A DNA stretch of 64,000 bases from Gammaproteobacteria bacterium (GTDB taxonomy: Bacteria; Pseudomonadota; Gammaproteobacteria; Steroidobacterales; Rariloculaceae), in assembly GCA_022825505.1 (NCBI GenBank), contig JAJDWR010000044.1:2220-66219 (forward strand), read 5' to 3'. Each line of letters begins with the position of its first letter. The stretch's first letter is position 1. Below the pieces are notes generated by a model. That model did no database searches and had not been told where the DNA came from. It was given only the letters and a program-made list of their open reading frames with translations. This document shows, piece by piece, positions 36,332 through 45,947 of the stretch. The position numbers and the translations under genes are program-made.

Positions 36332-39208
36332 CTAGGTAGCGCCTTCTCTGCGCAGCGGCGTCAGGACCAGAGGCTCCGTCCCGCCCAGCACGCTCCGCAA
36401 TGCCCGCCCGGTATGCGAGTCGTCCAGACCCGCCACGGCTTCCGGCGTACCCCGGGCGATGACCCGGCCGCCGCCCGCGCCGCCTTCGGGCCCAAGGTCG
36501 ACGATCCAGTCCGCTGTCTTGATCACTTCCAGGTTGTGTTCGATGACGACGACGGTATTGCCCTGGTCGCGGAGCCGGTAGAGCACTTCCAGAAGCTGGG
36601 CGATGTCGTGGAAATGCAGCCCCGTGGTGGGCTCGTCGAGGATGTAGAGCGTCGAGCCCGTGCTGCGCTTGGAGAGTTCCCTGGCCAGCTTGATCCGCTG
36701 GGCCTCGCCCCCGGAAAGCGTCGTGGCGCTCTGTCCCAGTTGAATGTAGCTCAGCCCGACCGCCATCAGCGTGTCGAGCTTCGCTGCCACTCTGGGAACA
36801 TTCCGGAAAAACGCCGCCGCATCCTCCACCGTCATCTGCAGAACGTCGTGGATCGTCTTCCCCTTGTAGCGGATGTCGAGGGTTTCCCGGTTGTAGCGCT
36901 GGCCCTCGCAGACATCGCAGGACACGTAGATGTCCGCCAGGAAGTGCATCTCCACCTTGATGACGCCGTCGCCCCGGCAGGATTCGCAGCGCCCGCCCTT
37001 GACGTTGAAGCTGAACCGGCCCGGCCGGTAGCCCCTCGACCGCGACTCCTGCGTGGCGGCGAAGAGTTCCCGGATCGGCGAAAACAACCCGGTATAGGTG
37101 GCAGGATTGGAGCGCGGCGTGCGCCCGATGGGGCTCTGGCTGATGTCGATCACCCGGTCGATCAGCTCCAGTCCCTCGATGTCGTCACAGGGCGCCGGAT
37201 CGTAAGTCGTGCGATTGACCTTGCCGGCCGCCAGCCGGTAAAGCGTGTCGTTGATCAATGTGCTCTTGCCGGATCCCGACACCCCGGTCACGCAGGTCAT
37301 CAGCCCCAGGGGAATATCCACGTCGATCCGCCTGAGGTTGTTACCCCGGGCGCCCCGGATTCCGATCACGGCCTGCGGGTCGAAGTCACGCCGGGTCCGG
37401 GGCAGCGGAATCCGCCGCCTGCCGGTGAGGTACTGTCCGGTGAGCGAGGCCGGATTCGACATAATCTCCTCCGGCGTGCCCTGGGCGACCACGCGGCCGC
37501 CGTGGACACCGGCGCCGGGACCCAGGTCCACCAGGTGGTCGGCCGACAGGATCGCCTCGGCGTCGTGCTCGACGATGAGCACGGAATTGCCCAGGTCCCT
37601 GAGCTGGCGCAGCGTTTCCAGCAGCCGCCGGTGGTCGCGCTGATGCAGGCCGATGGAGGGTTCGTCCAGGATGTACATGACGCCCACCAGGCCGGAACCG
37701 ATCTGGCTGGCCAGCCGGATCCGCTGGGCTTCACCCCCGGAGAGCGTTTCGGCGCTGCGGTCCAGGGTCAGGTAGTCCAGGCCCACGTCCACCAGGAACC
37801 CCAGCCGGTTGCGGATCTCCTTCACGACCCGGTCGGCCACCTCGGCGCGCCATCCCTCCAACTCCAGATCTCTGAAGAACCCGAGCGTCTCCGCCACGCT
37901 CCCCGCCGCGAGCCCGGGGAGCGCACGGCCCCCGACGAAGACATGCCGCGCCGCCTCGTTCAGGCGCGAGCCCCCGCAGGCCTCGCACGCCTGCGTGCTC
38001 TGGTAATTGCCGAGCGCGGCGCGCACGGCATTGGATTCCGTCTCCCGGTAGCGGCGCTGCATGTTCGGGATGATGCCCTCGAAGGAATGGCGCCACTGCC
38101 GCTCGCCGCCGCGCTCGTTGACGTAGCGGAAGTCGATGCGCTGCCCTCGGCTGCCGTAGAGCACGATGTCGCGGATCCGCTCCGGCAGTTCTTCGAACGG
38201 CATCTCGATGTCGAAGCCGTAGTGTCCGGCAAGCGACCGGATCATCTGGAAGTAATACGTGTTGTTGCGGTCCCAGCCGCGTACCGCACCGCCCGCCAGG
38301 GACAGGTGCGGATGGCGCACCACGCGCCGGGGATCGAAGAAGCGCTGCACGCCGAGTCCGTCGCAGTCGGCGCAGGCGCCGACGGGGCTGTTGAACGAGA
38401 ACAGCCGCGGCTCAAGCTCCGGAATCCCGTAACCGCAGACCGGACACGCGAACTTGCCGGAGAACACCAGGGGCTCCCTCCCGGGTTCGTCCATGAATCC
38501 CACCTGGGCCACGCCGTCCGCCAGCGCCAGCGTGGTCTCGAACGACTCGGCCAGGCGCAGGCGCACCTCCGGGCGCACCCGCAGCCGGTCCACTACAGTC
38601 TCGATGGTGTGGTTGTAGTTGCGGTCCAGGGTCGGGGGTTTGTCCAGGTCGCAGATGGCGCCGTCGATGCGCACGCGGACGAATCCGCGCGCCCTGAGAT
38701 CGGCAAGCACGTCGGCGTGAGTCCCCTTGCGGGCGGTCACCACGGGCGCCAGCAGCATCACCCGCGTGCCCTCCTCCAGGCTCAGCACCTGGTCCACCAT
38801 CTGCGAGACGCTCTGGGCGTCGAGCACGGTGTCGTGGGTGGGGCAGCGCGGCACGCCCGCCCGCGCAAACAGCAGTCTGAGGTAGTCGTAAATCTCCGTC
38901 ACCGTTCCCACCGTGGAGCGCGGATTGTGGGATGCGGATTTCTGCTCGATGGAAATCGCCGGCGAAAGCCCCTCGATGTGGTCCACGGCGGGTTTCTCCA
39001 TCACCGACAGGAACTGCCGCGCGTAGGCGGACAGCGACTCCACGTAGCGGCGCTGCCCCTCGGCGTAGATGGTGTCGAACGCAAGCGAGGACTTGCCGGA
39101 CCCGGACAGGCCCGTGAGCACGATCATCCTCTCCCGCGGCAGATCGAGATCGATGTCCTGCAGGTTGTGGGTCCGCGCGCCGCGGATTCTGATGTGGCTG
39201 GTAGACAC
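36332..39208 (-). CDS. uvrA: excinuclease ABC subunit UvrA
   Basis: ..[50 protein letters not shown].., two ABC ATPase modules and zinc-finger Cys clusters. Start set at GTG 39208 ([16 protein letters not shown]). Confidence 0.97.
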   Translation of the reverse strand: MSTSHIRIRGARTHNLQDIDLDLPRERMIVLTGLSGSGKSSLAFDTIYAEGQRRYVESLSAYARQFLSVMEKPAVDHIEGLSPAISIEQKSASHNPRSTVGTVTEIYDYLRLLFARAGVPRCPTHDTVLDAQSVSQMVDQVLSLEEGTRVMLLAPVVTARKGTHADVLADLRARGFVRVRIDGAICDLDKPPTLDRNYNHTIETVVDRLRVRPEVRLRLAESFETTLALADGVAQVGFMDEPGREPLVFSGKFACPVCGYGIPELEPRLFSFNSPVGACADCDGLGVQRFFDPRRVVRHPHLSLAGGAVRGWDRNNTYYFQMIRSLAGHYGFDIEMPFEELPERIRDIVLYGSRGQRIDFRYVNERGGERQWRHSFEGIIPNMQRRYRETESNAVRAALGNYQSTQACEACGGSRLNEAARHVFVGGRALPGLAAGSVAETLGFFRDLELEGWRAEVADRVVKEIRNRLGFLVDVGLDYLTLDRSAETLSGGEAQRIRLASQIGSGLVGVMYILDEPSIGLHQRDHRRLLETLRQLRDLGNSVLIVEHDAEAILSADHLVDLGPGAGVHGGRVVAQGTPEEIMSNPASLTGQYLTGRRRIPLPRTRRDFDPQAVIGIRGARGNNLRRIDVDIPLGLMTCVTGVSGSGKSTLINDTLYRLAAGKVNRTTYDPAPCDDIEGLELIDRVIDISQSPIGRTPRSNPATYTGLFSPIRELFAATQESRSRGYRPGRFSFNVKGGRCESCRGDGVIKVEMHFLADIYVSCDVCEGQRYNRETLDIRYKGKTIHDVLQMTVEDAAAFFRNVPRVAAKLDTLMAVGLSYIQLGQSATTLSGGEAQRIKLARELSKRSTGSTLYILDEPTTGLHFHDIAQLLEVLYRLRDQGNTVVVIEHNLEVIKTADWIVDLGPEGGAGGGRVIARGTPEAVAGLDDSHTGRALRSVLGGTEPLVLTPLRREGAT

Positions 39209-39423
39209 GTTCCCAGGGCCTTGCCGAGGCAATCCCCTACTATACGCTGCAGAAAAACGGCGGCGCAAAATACCGGGCGGATGGACCGGATTCGAGGCAC
39301 GCCATACGCAACTTTCTTGACGATTCGCGGAGTTACGCCGACTGGAAAATGCCCCGTCACGGCGTACAATGACGCCTCGTCAGGCAGCCGTCACGCACGG
39401 CCCACACTTCCGGGGTAATTTCA

Positions 39424-39870
39424 ATGGCAAGAGGCATCAACAAGGTCATTCTGGTCGGCAATCTGGGAGCGGATCCGGAGACCCGCTACATGCCCAGCGG
39501 AGACGCCGTCACCAACATTCGTCTGGCGACCAGCAGGTCGTGGAAGGACAGGAATACCGGCGAGCAGCAGGAGCGCACCGAATGGCACCGGGTTGCCTTG
39601 TTTCGTGGCATGGCGGAAACCGCGGCCCAGTACCTGCGCAAGGGTTCGCGGGTTTATGTCGAAGGCGAATTGCGCACCCGCAAGTGGCAGGATCGCGATG
39701 GCAACGACCGCTACACGACGGAGGTGGTGGTCGATGGGTTTCGGGGTGAGATGGTCATGCTCGACGGGCGCTCCGATTCATCCGCCCCTGCGCGCATGCC
39801 CGCCCGCGGCGTTGCCGAGCAGCCCGCAAGTACCGGCACCGACGACCTGGACGACGACATCCCGTTCTGA
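39424..39870 (+). CDS. ssb: single-stranded DNA-binding protein
   Basis: [37 protein letters not shown].. OB fold and acidic tail ..DDLDDDIPF. Divergent from uvrA as in E. coli. Confidence 0.97.
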   Translation: MARGINKVILVGNLGADPETRYMPSGDAVTNIRLATSRSWKDRNTGEQQERTEWHRVALFRGMAETAAQYLRKGSRVYVEGELRTRKWQDRDGNDRYTTEVVVDGFRGEMVMLDGRSDSSAPARMPARGVAEQPASTGTDDLDDDIPF

Positions 39871-39899
39871 TTTCTACATACGGTGTGCAGTAGAAAAAG

Positions 39900-40406
39900 A
39901 TGGGAAAAGTACCAGTTGCCACGGTCGCCAGGCGCATGATCTTCGCGGGGACATTGGCGTTCCTGGTTGATTTTTCTTATGGGCAGTCGCCACACGGTCT
40001 GGTGAATGCGGAAGCCTTTCGTGTTAATGCCTATCAGAAGTTCATCATCGCGAACACCTATCTTTTTGACGACGACGCGCAGTTGTCATACCTGTACGCA
40101 TACGATCCGACCGCATGGGAAGGTGCGGAGCATGCTATCGAGCAGGAGTTCCGCATACTGGCGCCTGGTGAGGACACGACGACATGGTGGGCCGAGTCGC
40201 CATATCGTGTAGTCGACATTGACTCGTACACGATGTGCGCGGACAGCGAAGACAAGTTACATTGCATTCGAGACCACGGTGCGTATCTGGCGAGCAGCAG
40301 GAAGCACCCGGGATTCAAGCACGAAGGCCTTTTCGTGATAAAGGGTGCGCCGGTCGAGAGTCCGTTGGACAAGAGCGACAATAGCCCTGAGGCAAACGCA
40401 GAATAG
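39900..40406 (+). CDS. Hypothetical secreted protein (orphan, low-GC gene)
   Basis: 168-aa ORF with a hydrophobic N-terminal segment (..MIFAGTLAFLVDFSYG). No recognisable motif. Visibly lower GC and A/T-rich third codon positions compared with its neighbours. Confidence 0.5.
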   Translation: MGKVPVATVARRMIFAGTLAFLVDFSYGQSPHGLVNAEAFRVNAYQKFIIANTYLFDDDAQLSYLYAYDPTAWEGAEHAIEQEFRILAPGEDTTTWWAESPYRVVDIDSYTMCADSEDKLHCIRDHGAYLASSRKHPGFKHEGLFVIKGAPVESPLDKSDNSPEANAE

Positions 40407-40415
40407 AAGTATTCG

Positions 40416-41795
40416 ATGCCCGAGCAAGTATTCATCCAGACATTCGGCTGTCAGATGAACGAGTACGACTCGGCCAAAATGGCCGATGTGCTCGGGTCAT
40501 CCATGGGCGTGACCGAGACGCAGCATCCGGACGAAGCGGACATCCTGCTGCTGAACAGTTGCTCGGTTCGCGAGAAGGCCCAGGAGAAGGTGTTCTCGCT
40601 GCTCGGGCGCTGGCGGGCCTTCAAGCGCGAGCATCCACACAAGATCATCGGCGTGGGCGGATGCGTCGCCAGCCAGGAGGGCGAGGCCATCCGCCGCCGC
40701 GCGCCCTACGTGGACCTGGTATTCGGTCCGCAGACCTTGCACCGGCTGCCGGAGATGATCGCGCGGGTGCGCTCCGGCGCGCCCGGCGTTGTGGATGTCA
40801 GCTTCCCGGAGATCGAGAAGTTCGACCGCCTGCCCGCCGCCACGGAGTCCCACGTCACCGCCTTCGTCTCGGTGATGGAGGGGTGCAGCAAGTACTGCAG
40901 TTTCTGCGTCGTGCCCTACACTCGCGGCGAGGAAATCAGCCGGCCGCTGGACGATGTCATCGCAGAAGTCGTCGGCCTGACCCGCCTGGGCGTGAAGGAG
41001 ATCAACCTGCTGGGCCAGAACGTGAACGCCTACCGGGGCGCCGTGCATGGCGGCGGCACCGCGGACCTGGCGACGCTGATCCACTATGTGGCGGCTCTGG
41101 ACGAGATTCAGCGTATCCGCTTCACCACGTCGCATCCGCTGGAGTTCAGCCCGTCGCTGGTGCAGGCCTATGCGCAGGTGGACAAGCTGGCCAGCTACCT
41201 GCATCTGCCCGTGCAGAGCGGTTCCGATCGTATTCTCGGGCTCATGAAGCGCGGCTACACGGCCGCGTCGTATCGGGAGAAGATCCGCGCCATAAAGAAG
41301 GCCCGGCCCGGCATCTCCCTTTCCTCGGATTTCATCGTCGGCTTTCCCGGCGAGGACGAGTCCGACTTCCAGGCCACCCTGGACCTGATCGAGGCCGTCG
41401 GTTTCGACCAGTCCTTCAGCTTCATCTACAGTCCGCGCCCGGGAACACCCGCCGCCGCGGTGCCGGACGAGGTGCCGAGGGAAGTCAAGCTGGAGCGCCT
41501 GCAGCGGCTGCAGGCCCTGGTCAACGCGCAGGCCGCGGCCATCAGCCGAAAGATGGTCGGCGGGGTGGAGCGCGTGCTGGTCGAAAAGACGTCGCGAAAG
41601 TCTGCCAGCGAGGTCTGCGGGCGCACCGAGAACAACCGCTGGGTTAACTTCGCCGCCCCGGCCGGCGCGATCGGGGAGTTCGTGGATGTGCTCATCACCG
41701 AAGCGCTGCCCAATTCCCTGCGCGGGAGGTTGCCCGGTCCCTGGCGGGAGGATCGACCCCGCGGCGCGGTCGCGCACAGCCCGGGCGGGCCATGA
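40416..41795 (+). CDS. miaB: tRNA-2-methylthio-N6-dimethylallyladenosine synthase MiaB
   Basis: ..[15 protein letters not shown].. and radical-SAM ..[16 protein letters not shown].., 459 aa. miaB-ybeZ-ybeY-corC-lnt synteny. Confidence 0.95.
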   Translation: MPEQVFIQTFGCQMNEYDSAKMADVLGSSMGVTETQHPDEADILLLNSCSVREKAQEKVFSLLGRWRAFKREHPHKIIGVGGCVASQEGEAIRRRAPYVDLVFGPQTLHRLPEMIARVRSGAPGVVDVSFPEIEKFDRLPAATESHVTAFVSVMEGCSKYCSFCVVPYTRGEEISRPLDDVIAEVVGLTRLGVKEINLLGQNVNAYRGAVHGGGTADLATLIHYVAALDEIQRIRFTTSHPLEFSPSLVQAYAQVDKLASYLHLPVQSGSDRILGLMKRGYTAASYREKIRAIKKARPGISLSSDFIVGFPGEDESDFQATLDLIEAVGFDQSFSFIYSPRPGTPAAAVPDEVPREVKLERLQRLQALVNAQAAAISRKMVGGVERVLVEKTSRKSASEVCGRTENNRWVNFAAPAGAIGEFVDVLITEALPNSLRGRLPGPWREDRPRGAVAHSPGGP

Positions 41796-41798
41796 CCG

Positions 41799-42776
<978 letters not shown>

Positions 42777-42791
42777 TGGGTTTGGTCGTGG

Positions 42792-42943
42792 GTTGCGGCG
42801 GGCGCGCGCGGACAGCCCCCGCGCGCTCAACCTCGCCCGCCATCCATGGCGGGCTCGGATCGGGTTGCGGCGCTCCTGGCCATCCATGGCCCCGCGCCGC
42901 GCCCACGACGCGCGCGGGGGCTGTCCGCACGCGCCCGCCGCAA
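42792..42943. repeat. Palindromic intergenic repeat, family copy 4 (inside the ybeZ-ybeY junction)
   Basis: 34-nt arms 42792-42825 and 42910-42943 are reverse complements with one mismatch. The core has cccgccatccatggcggg and ggcgctcctggccatccatggcc. Confidence 0.9.
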
Positions 42944-42954
42944 CGAGGTGGACC

Positions 42955-43425
42955 GTGACGTCGCGGGCCGAGGGCGAAATCGTGGTGCAGAAGGCGGTGC
43001 GCGGCGATTCGGTCCCTTCCGCCGCACGTATCCGGCACTGGGTCGGCCGGGCCCTGGGTGAAGCACCGGCGGGCGAGGTTACGGTGCGCGTGGTGGACGA
43101 GGCGGAGATGGCGCGTCTCAACGAGCGCTACCGTGGCGGCAGCGGCGCCACCGATGTGCTTGCTTTCGCCTACGGGGACCCGGCCTGCGCCGAAGCGGAA
43201 CGGGCCTTCGGGGACCTGGTCATCTGCGCGGCGGTGGTGGCGCGTGAGGCGGCGCGCCGGGGCAAGCCGCTTCAGGCGCATTGGGCGCACATTGCCGTGC
43301 ACGGCGCGCTGCACCTGCTGGGCTACGACCACGAGGAGGCCGAACAGGCCCGGGTCATGGAGCGCAGGGAACGGGAACTGCTCGAAGCGATGGGATTTGG
43401 CGATCCCTACGCTGAAGAATCATGA
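42955..43425 (+). CDS. ybeY: rRNA maturation endoribonuclease YbeY
   Basis: ..TDVLAFAY.. and the metal site ..HGALHLLGYDH.. Start moved to GTG 42955 because the 5' part of ORF 42742..43425 merely translates repeat copy 4. Confidence 0.9.
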   Translation: MTSRAEGEIVVQKAVRGDSVPSAARIRHWVGRALGEAPAGEVTVRVVDEAEMARLNERYRGGSGATDVLAFAYGDPACAEAERAFGDLVICAAVVAREAARRGKPLQAHWAHIAVHGALHLLGYDHEEAEQARVMERRERELLEAMGFGDPYAEES

Positions 43426-43494
43426 ATTTCCGGACGGATTCGGGCCGTTCGATCTTGCAAGCCGGTCCGCGTGGTTGCAAGATAGGGGATTCCG

Positions 43495-44361
43495 ATGTCT
43501 GACGATCTCCCCTCCAGTAGAAAGCCCAACCGCCCTTCCCGGTGGTGGTCGCGTTTGTTCGGAAAATACGCCAGCAACGGCATGGCGAGATCGGATATTG
43601 TCGATTTTCTCAGCCGCTGCCGGCGCGTCAACCTCCTCGACAACGACGAGCATGCCATGCTCCAGGGGGTCCTGAAGGTCTCCGAGACCCAGGTGCGCGA
43701 CATCATGGTGCCCCGCTCTCACATGGTGGTGCTGGAACTGGACGATCCGCCCCAGGCCATGCTCAAGACCATCGTCGACTCGGGCCATTCCCGCTTTCCG
43801 GTGGTGGGCGAGGACCGCGACGAGGTCGCCGGGATCGTGCTGGCCAAGGACCTGCTGCGCTATTTCGGCGAGGATCACCCCAGCGACGCGTTCCGGATCG
43901 GGGACCTGTTGCGCAAGGCCGTGTACATACCCGAGAGCAAGCGCCTGGACACGCTGCTCACGGAGTTTCGGGAAAGCCACAATCACATGGCCATCGTCGT
44001 GGACGAGTACGGCGGTGTGGCGGGCCTGGCCACCATCGAGGACGTCATCGAGCAGATCGTCGGCGACATCGACGACGAACACGACCCGGAGGAAGCCGAA
44101 TACATCCACGATCACGGCGGCGGGCGCTTCACCGTTCTGGCACTGACCCGGATCGAGGACTTCTGCGAGCGCTTCGGCGTGGATATCGCAAACGGTGAGT
44201 TCGACACCGTGGGCGGTCTCATCATGCATGAGCTCGGCCGCCTGCCGCGGCGCGGCGAAGTGCTGGAGTTCGCGGGCTTGCGATTCTGCGTGAAGGTTGC
44301 CGACCGCCGCCGGATCCAGTCGCTGGAAGTCACGACCATTCCGGCGGCCCAGGTCCGATAG
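43495..44361 (+). CDS. corC: CBS-domain HlyC/CorC-family Mg/Co efflux-associated protein
   Basis: ..VRDIMVPRSHMV.. CBS pair plus CorC_HlyC C-terminal domain (..GEFDTVGGLIMHELGRLPRRGE..), 288 aa. Confidence 0.9.
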   Translation: MSDDLPSSRKPNRPSRWWSRLFGKYASNGMARSDIVDFLSRCRRVNLLDNDEHAMLQGVLKVSETQVRDIMVPRSHMVVLELDDPPQAMLKTIVDSGHSRFPVVGEDRDEVAGIVLAKDLLRYFGEDHPSDAFRIGDLLRKAVYIPESKRLDTLLTEFRESHNHMAIVVDEYGGVAGLATIEDVIEQIVGDIDDEHDPEEAEYIHDHGGGRFTVLALTRIEDFCERFGVDIANGEFDTVGGLIMHELGRLPRRGEVLEFAGLRFCVKVADRRRIQSLEVTTIPAAQVR

Positions 44362-44435
44362 TTCGCAGAAGAACCGGTCCGTAGCCCCTGGTCCCCCATC
44401 CAACCGATCATTGCTGATCCGTAACAGTCAGTTGG

Positions 44436-45947
44436 ATGGAGCACTGGACAGGCGGGTGGCAGATGCGCGCTAGACTCCTCATCGCATTGGTCGCGGGCGC
44501 TCTGCTGCCCCAGGCCCACGCCCCGTTCGATCATTTCTGGGTGGCGCCGCTCAGCTACGCGGTGCTGTTTCACCTGTGGGGCGGGCTGCGGCCCCTGCAG
44601 GCGCTGTGGGTCGGTTTCGCCTTCGGTTGCGCGGCCTTTCTGGCGGGCGTGCACTGGGTCTACGTGAGCATTCACGACTACGGGCTGGCCCACCCGCTGA
44701 TCGCCTCCGCCATCACCGGACTCCTGGTCGTCTTTCTGGCAACCTACGTGGGCCTGACCGGGTGGACCGCATCGCGCTGGTTCACGAACCGCGGGCCGGT
44801 GGCCTGGCTGGCCGTGTTCCCCGCGGTCACGGTGCTGACCGAGTGGTGCCGCAACTGGGTGCTGAGCGGTTTCGGCTGGCTGGCCGCGGGCTACAGCCAG
44901 ACGGACTCCTGGCTCATGGGTTACGCGCCGGTGGGCGGCGTCTACCTGATGACGTGGGCGGTGCTGCTGACCGCGGGCGCCGTGCCGGCGCTGGCCTTCG
45001 GACGCTGGCGCCTGCGGACTGCGGCGGCGGCGGGACTCGTCCTGCTCTGGGGCGGCGGCTACTTTCTCGGCAATCTCCGCTGGAGCGAGGCCACCGGCAA
45101 CGTGATTCCGGCCGCACTGGTGCAGGGGGCCGTGCCCCAGGAGCTGAAGTGGCGTCCCGAGCAGTTGCCCGCCACGCTGGAACTCTACCGGCGCCTCACC
45201 GAAGAGGCCGGGGACAGCCGTCTCATCGTCTGGCCGGAGGCGGCCATTCCCACGCTGTACGGCCAGGCGGAAGGCTACCTGGGGGAAATTCGCGACTGGG
45301 CCGACGCGCGCGGCAGCGAGGTGGCGCTGGGCATCCTCCGCGACGATCCCGGCGGCGGCACATTCCAGAACACCCTGGTCGTTTTGGATGAGGAACCATC
45401 CTTCTACGTCAAGCGGCACTTGGTGCCCTACGGTGAGTACTTCCCGGTGCCGGGGTTCGTGCGCCGGTGGCTGAGGCTGATGAGCCTGCCGTACACTGAC
45501 GCGGTTCCGGGCGACCCGGGTCAGCCGCCGCTGGACATTGCCGGGGAGCGCGTCGGCGTGAGCATCTGTTACGAGGATCTCTTCGGCGCCGAGCAGCGTC
45601 ACTACCTGCCCGAGGCCACGCTGCTGATCAACGTCAGCAACGATGCCTGGTTCGGCGATACCGTGGCGCCGCACCAGCACCTGCAGATCGCCCGGGTGCG
45701 GGCCGCGGAGGCGTCGCGGTACCTGCTGCGGGCGACCAACACCGGCATTACGGCCTTCATCGATCCCCGCGGCCGGGTGGTCGCGCGCTCCCCGGCGTTC
45801 GAGCCCCACGTCCTGCGCGGCGCCGTGCAGGGTTTTACCGGCCGCACGCCCTACGCGCTCTGGGGGGACTGGCTCGCGGTGATCGGCGCCGCCCTGGTGC
45901 TGGCCGGCTGCCTCTACGGCCGAATGAGGGTCAGACCACGAAGTTGA
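44436..45947 (+). CDS. lnt: apolipoprotein N-acyltransferase
   Basis: N-terminal multi-TM region plus nitrilase-like domain (..LIVWPEAAIP.., ..GVSICYEDLFG.., ..LINVSNDAWFG..). Start may be ATG 44463. Confidence 0.92.
   Translation: MEHWTGGWQMRARLLIALVAGALLPQAHAPFDHFWVAPLSYAVLFHLWGGLRPLQALWVGFAFGCAAFLAGVHWVYVSIHDYGLAHPLIASAITGLLVVFLATYVGLTGWTASRWFTNRGPVAWLAVFPAVTVLTEWCRNWVLSGFGWLAAGYSQTDSWLMGYAPVGGVYLMTWAVLLTAGAVPALAFGRWRLRTAAAAGLVLLWGGGYFLGNLRWSEATGNVIPAALVQGAVPQELKWRPEQLPATLELYRRLTEEAGDSRLIVWPEAAIPTLYGQAEGYLGEIRDWADARGSEVALGILRDDPGGGTFQNTLVVLDEEPSFYVKRHLVPYGEYFPVPGFVRRWLRLMSLPYTDAVPGDPGQPPLDIAGERVGVSICYEDLFGAEQRHYLPEATLLINVSNDAWFGDTVAPHQHLQIARVRAAEASRYLLRATNTGITAFIDPRGRVVARSPAFEPHVLRGAVQGFTGRTPYALWGDWLAVIGAALVLAGCLYGRMRVRPRS

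Noticed and set aside
39237-39252. Possible SOS (LexA) box in the divergent uvrA-ssb promoter region (ctactatacgctgcag)
   Set aside because: It only loosely resembles CTGT-N8-ACAG: CTAC and GCAG replace CTGT and ACAG. No better match was seen in 39209-39423. Without knowing the LexA motif of this lineage the call is unsupported.
36413-39418. 1001-aa plus-strand ORF opposite uvrA
   Set aside because: It mirrors uvrA, whose identity is certain from its ABC and zinc-finger motifs. The antisense product has no recognisable features and is a high-GC artefact.
40261-40273. ATTGCATTCGAGA inside the orphan gene, matching the operator half-site ATTGCATTCGA
   Set aside because: It is a single half-site within coding sequence, lacks a partner half-site and the AAGTACA extension, and an 11-mer match can occur by chance.
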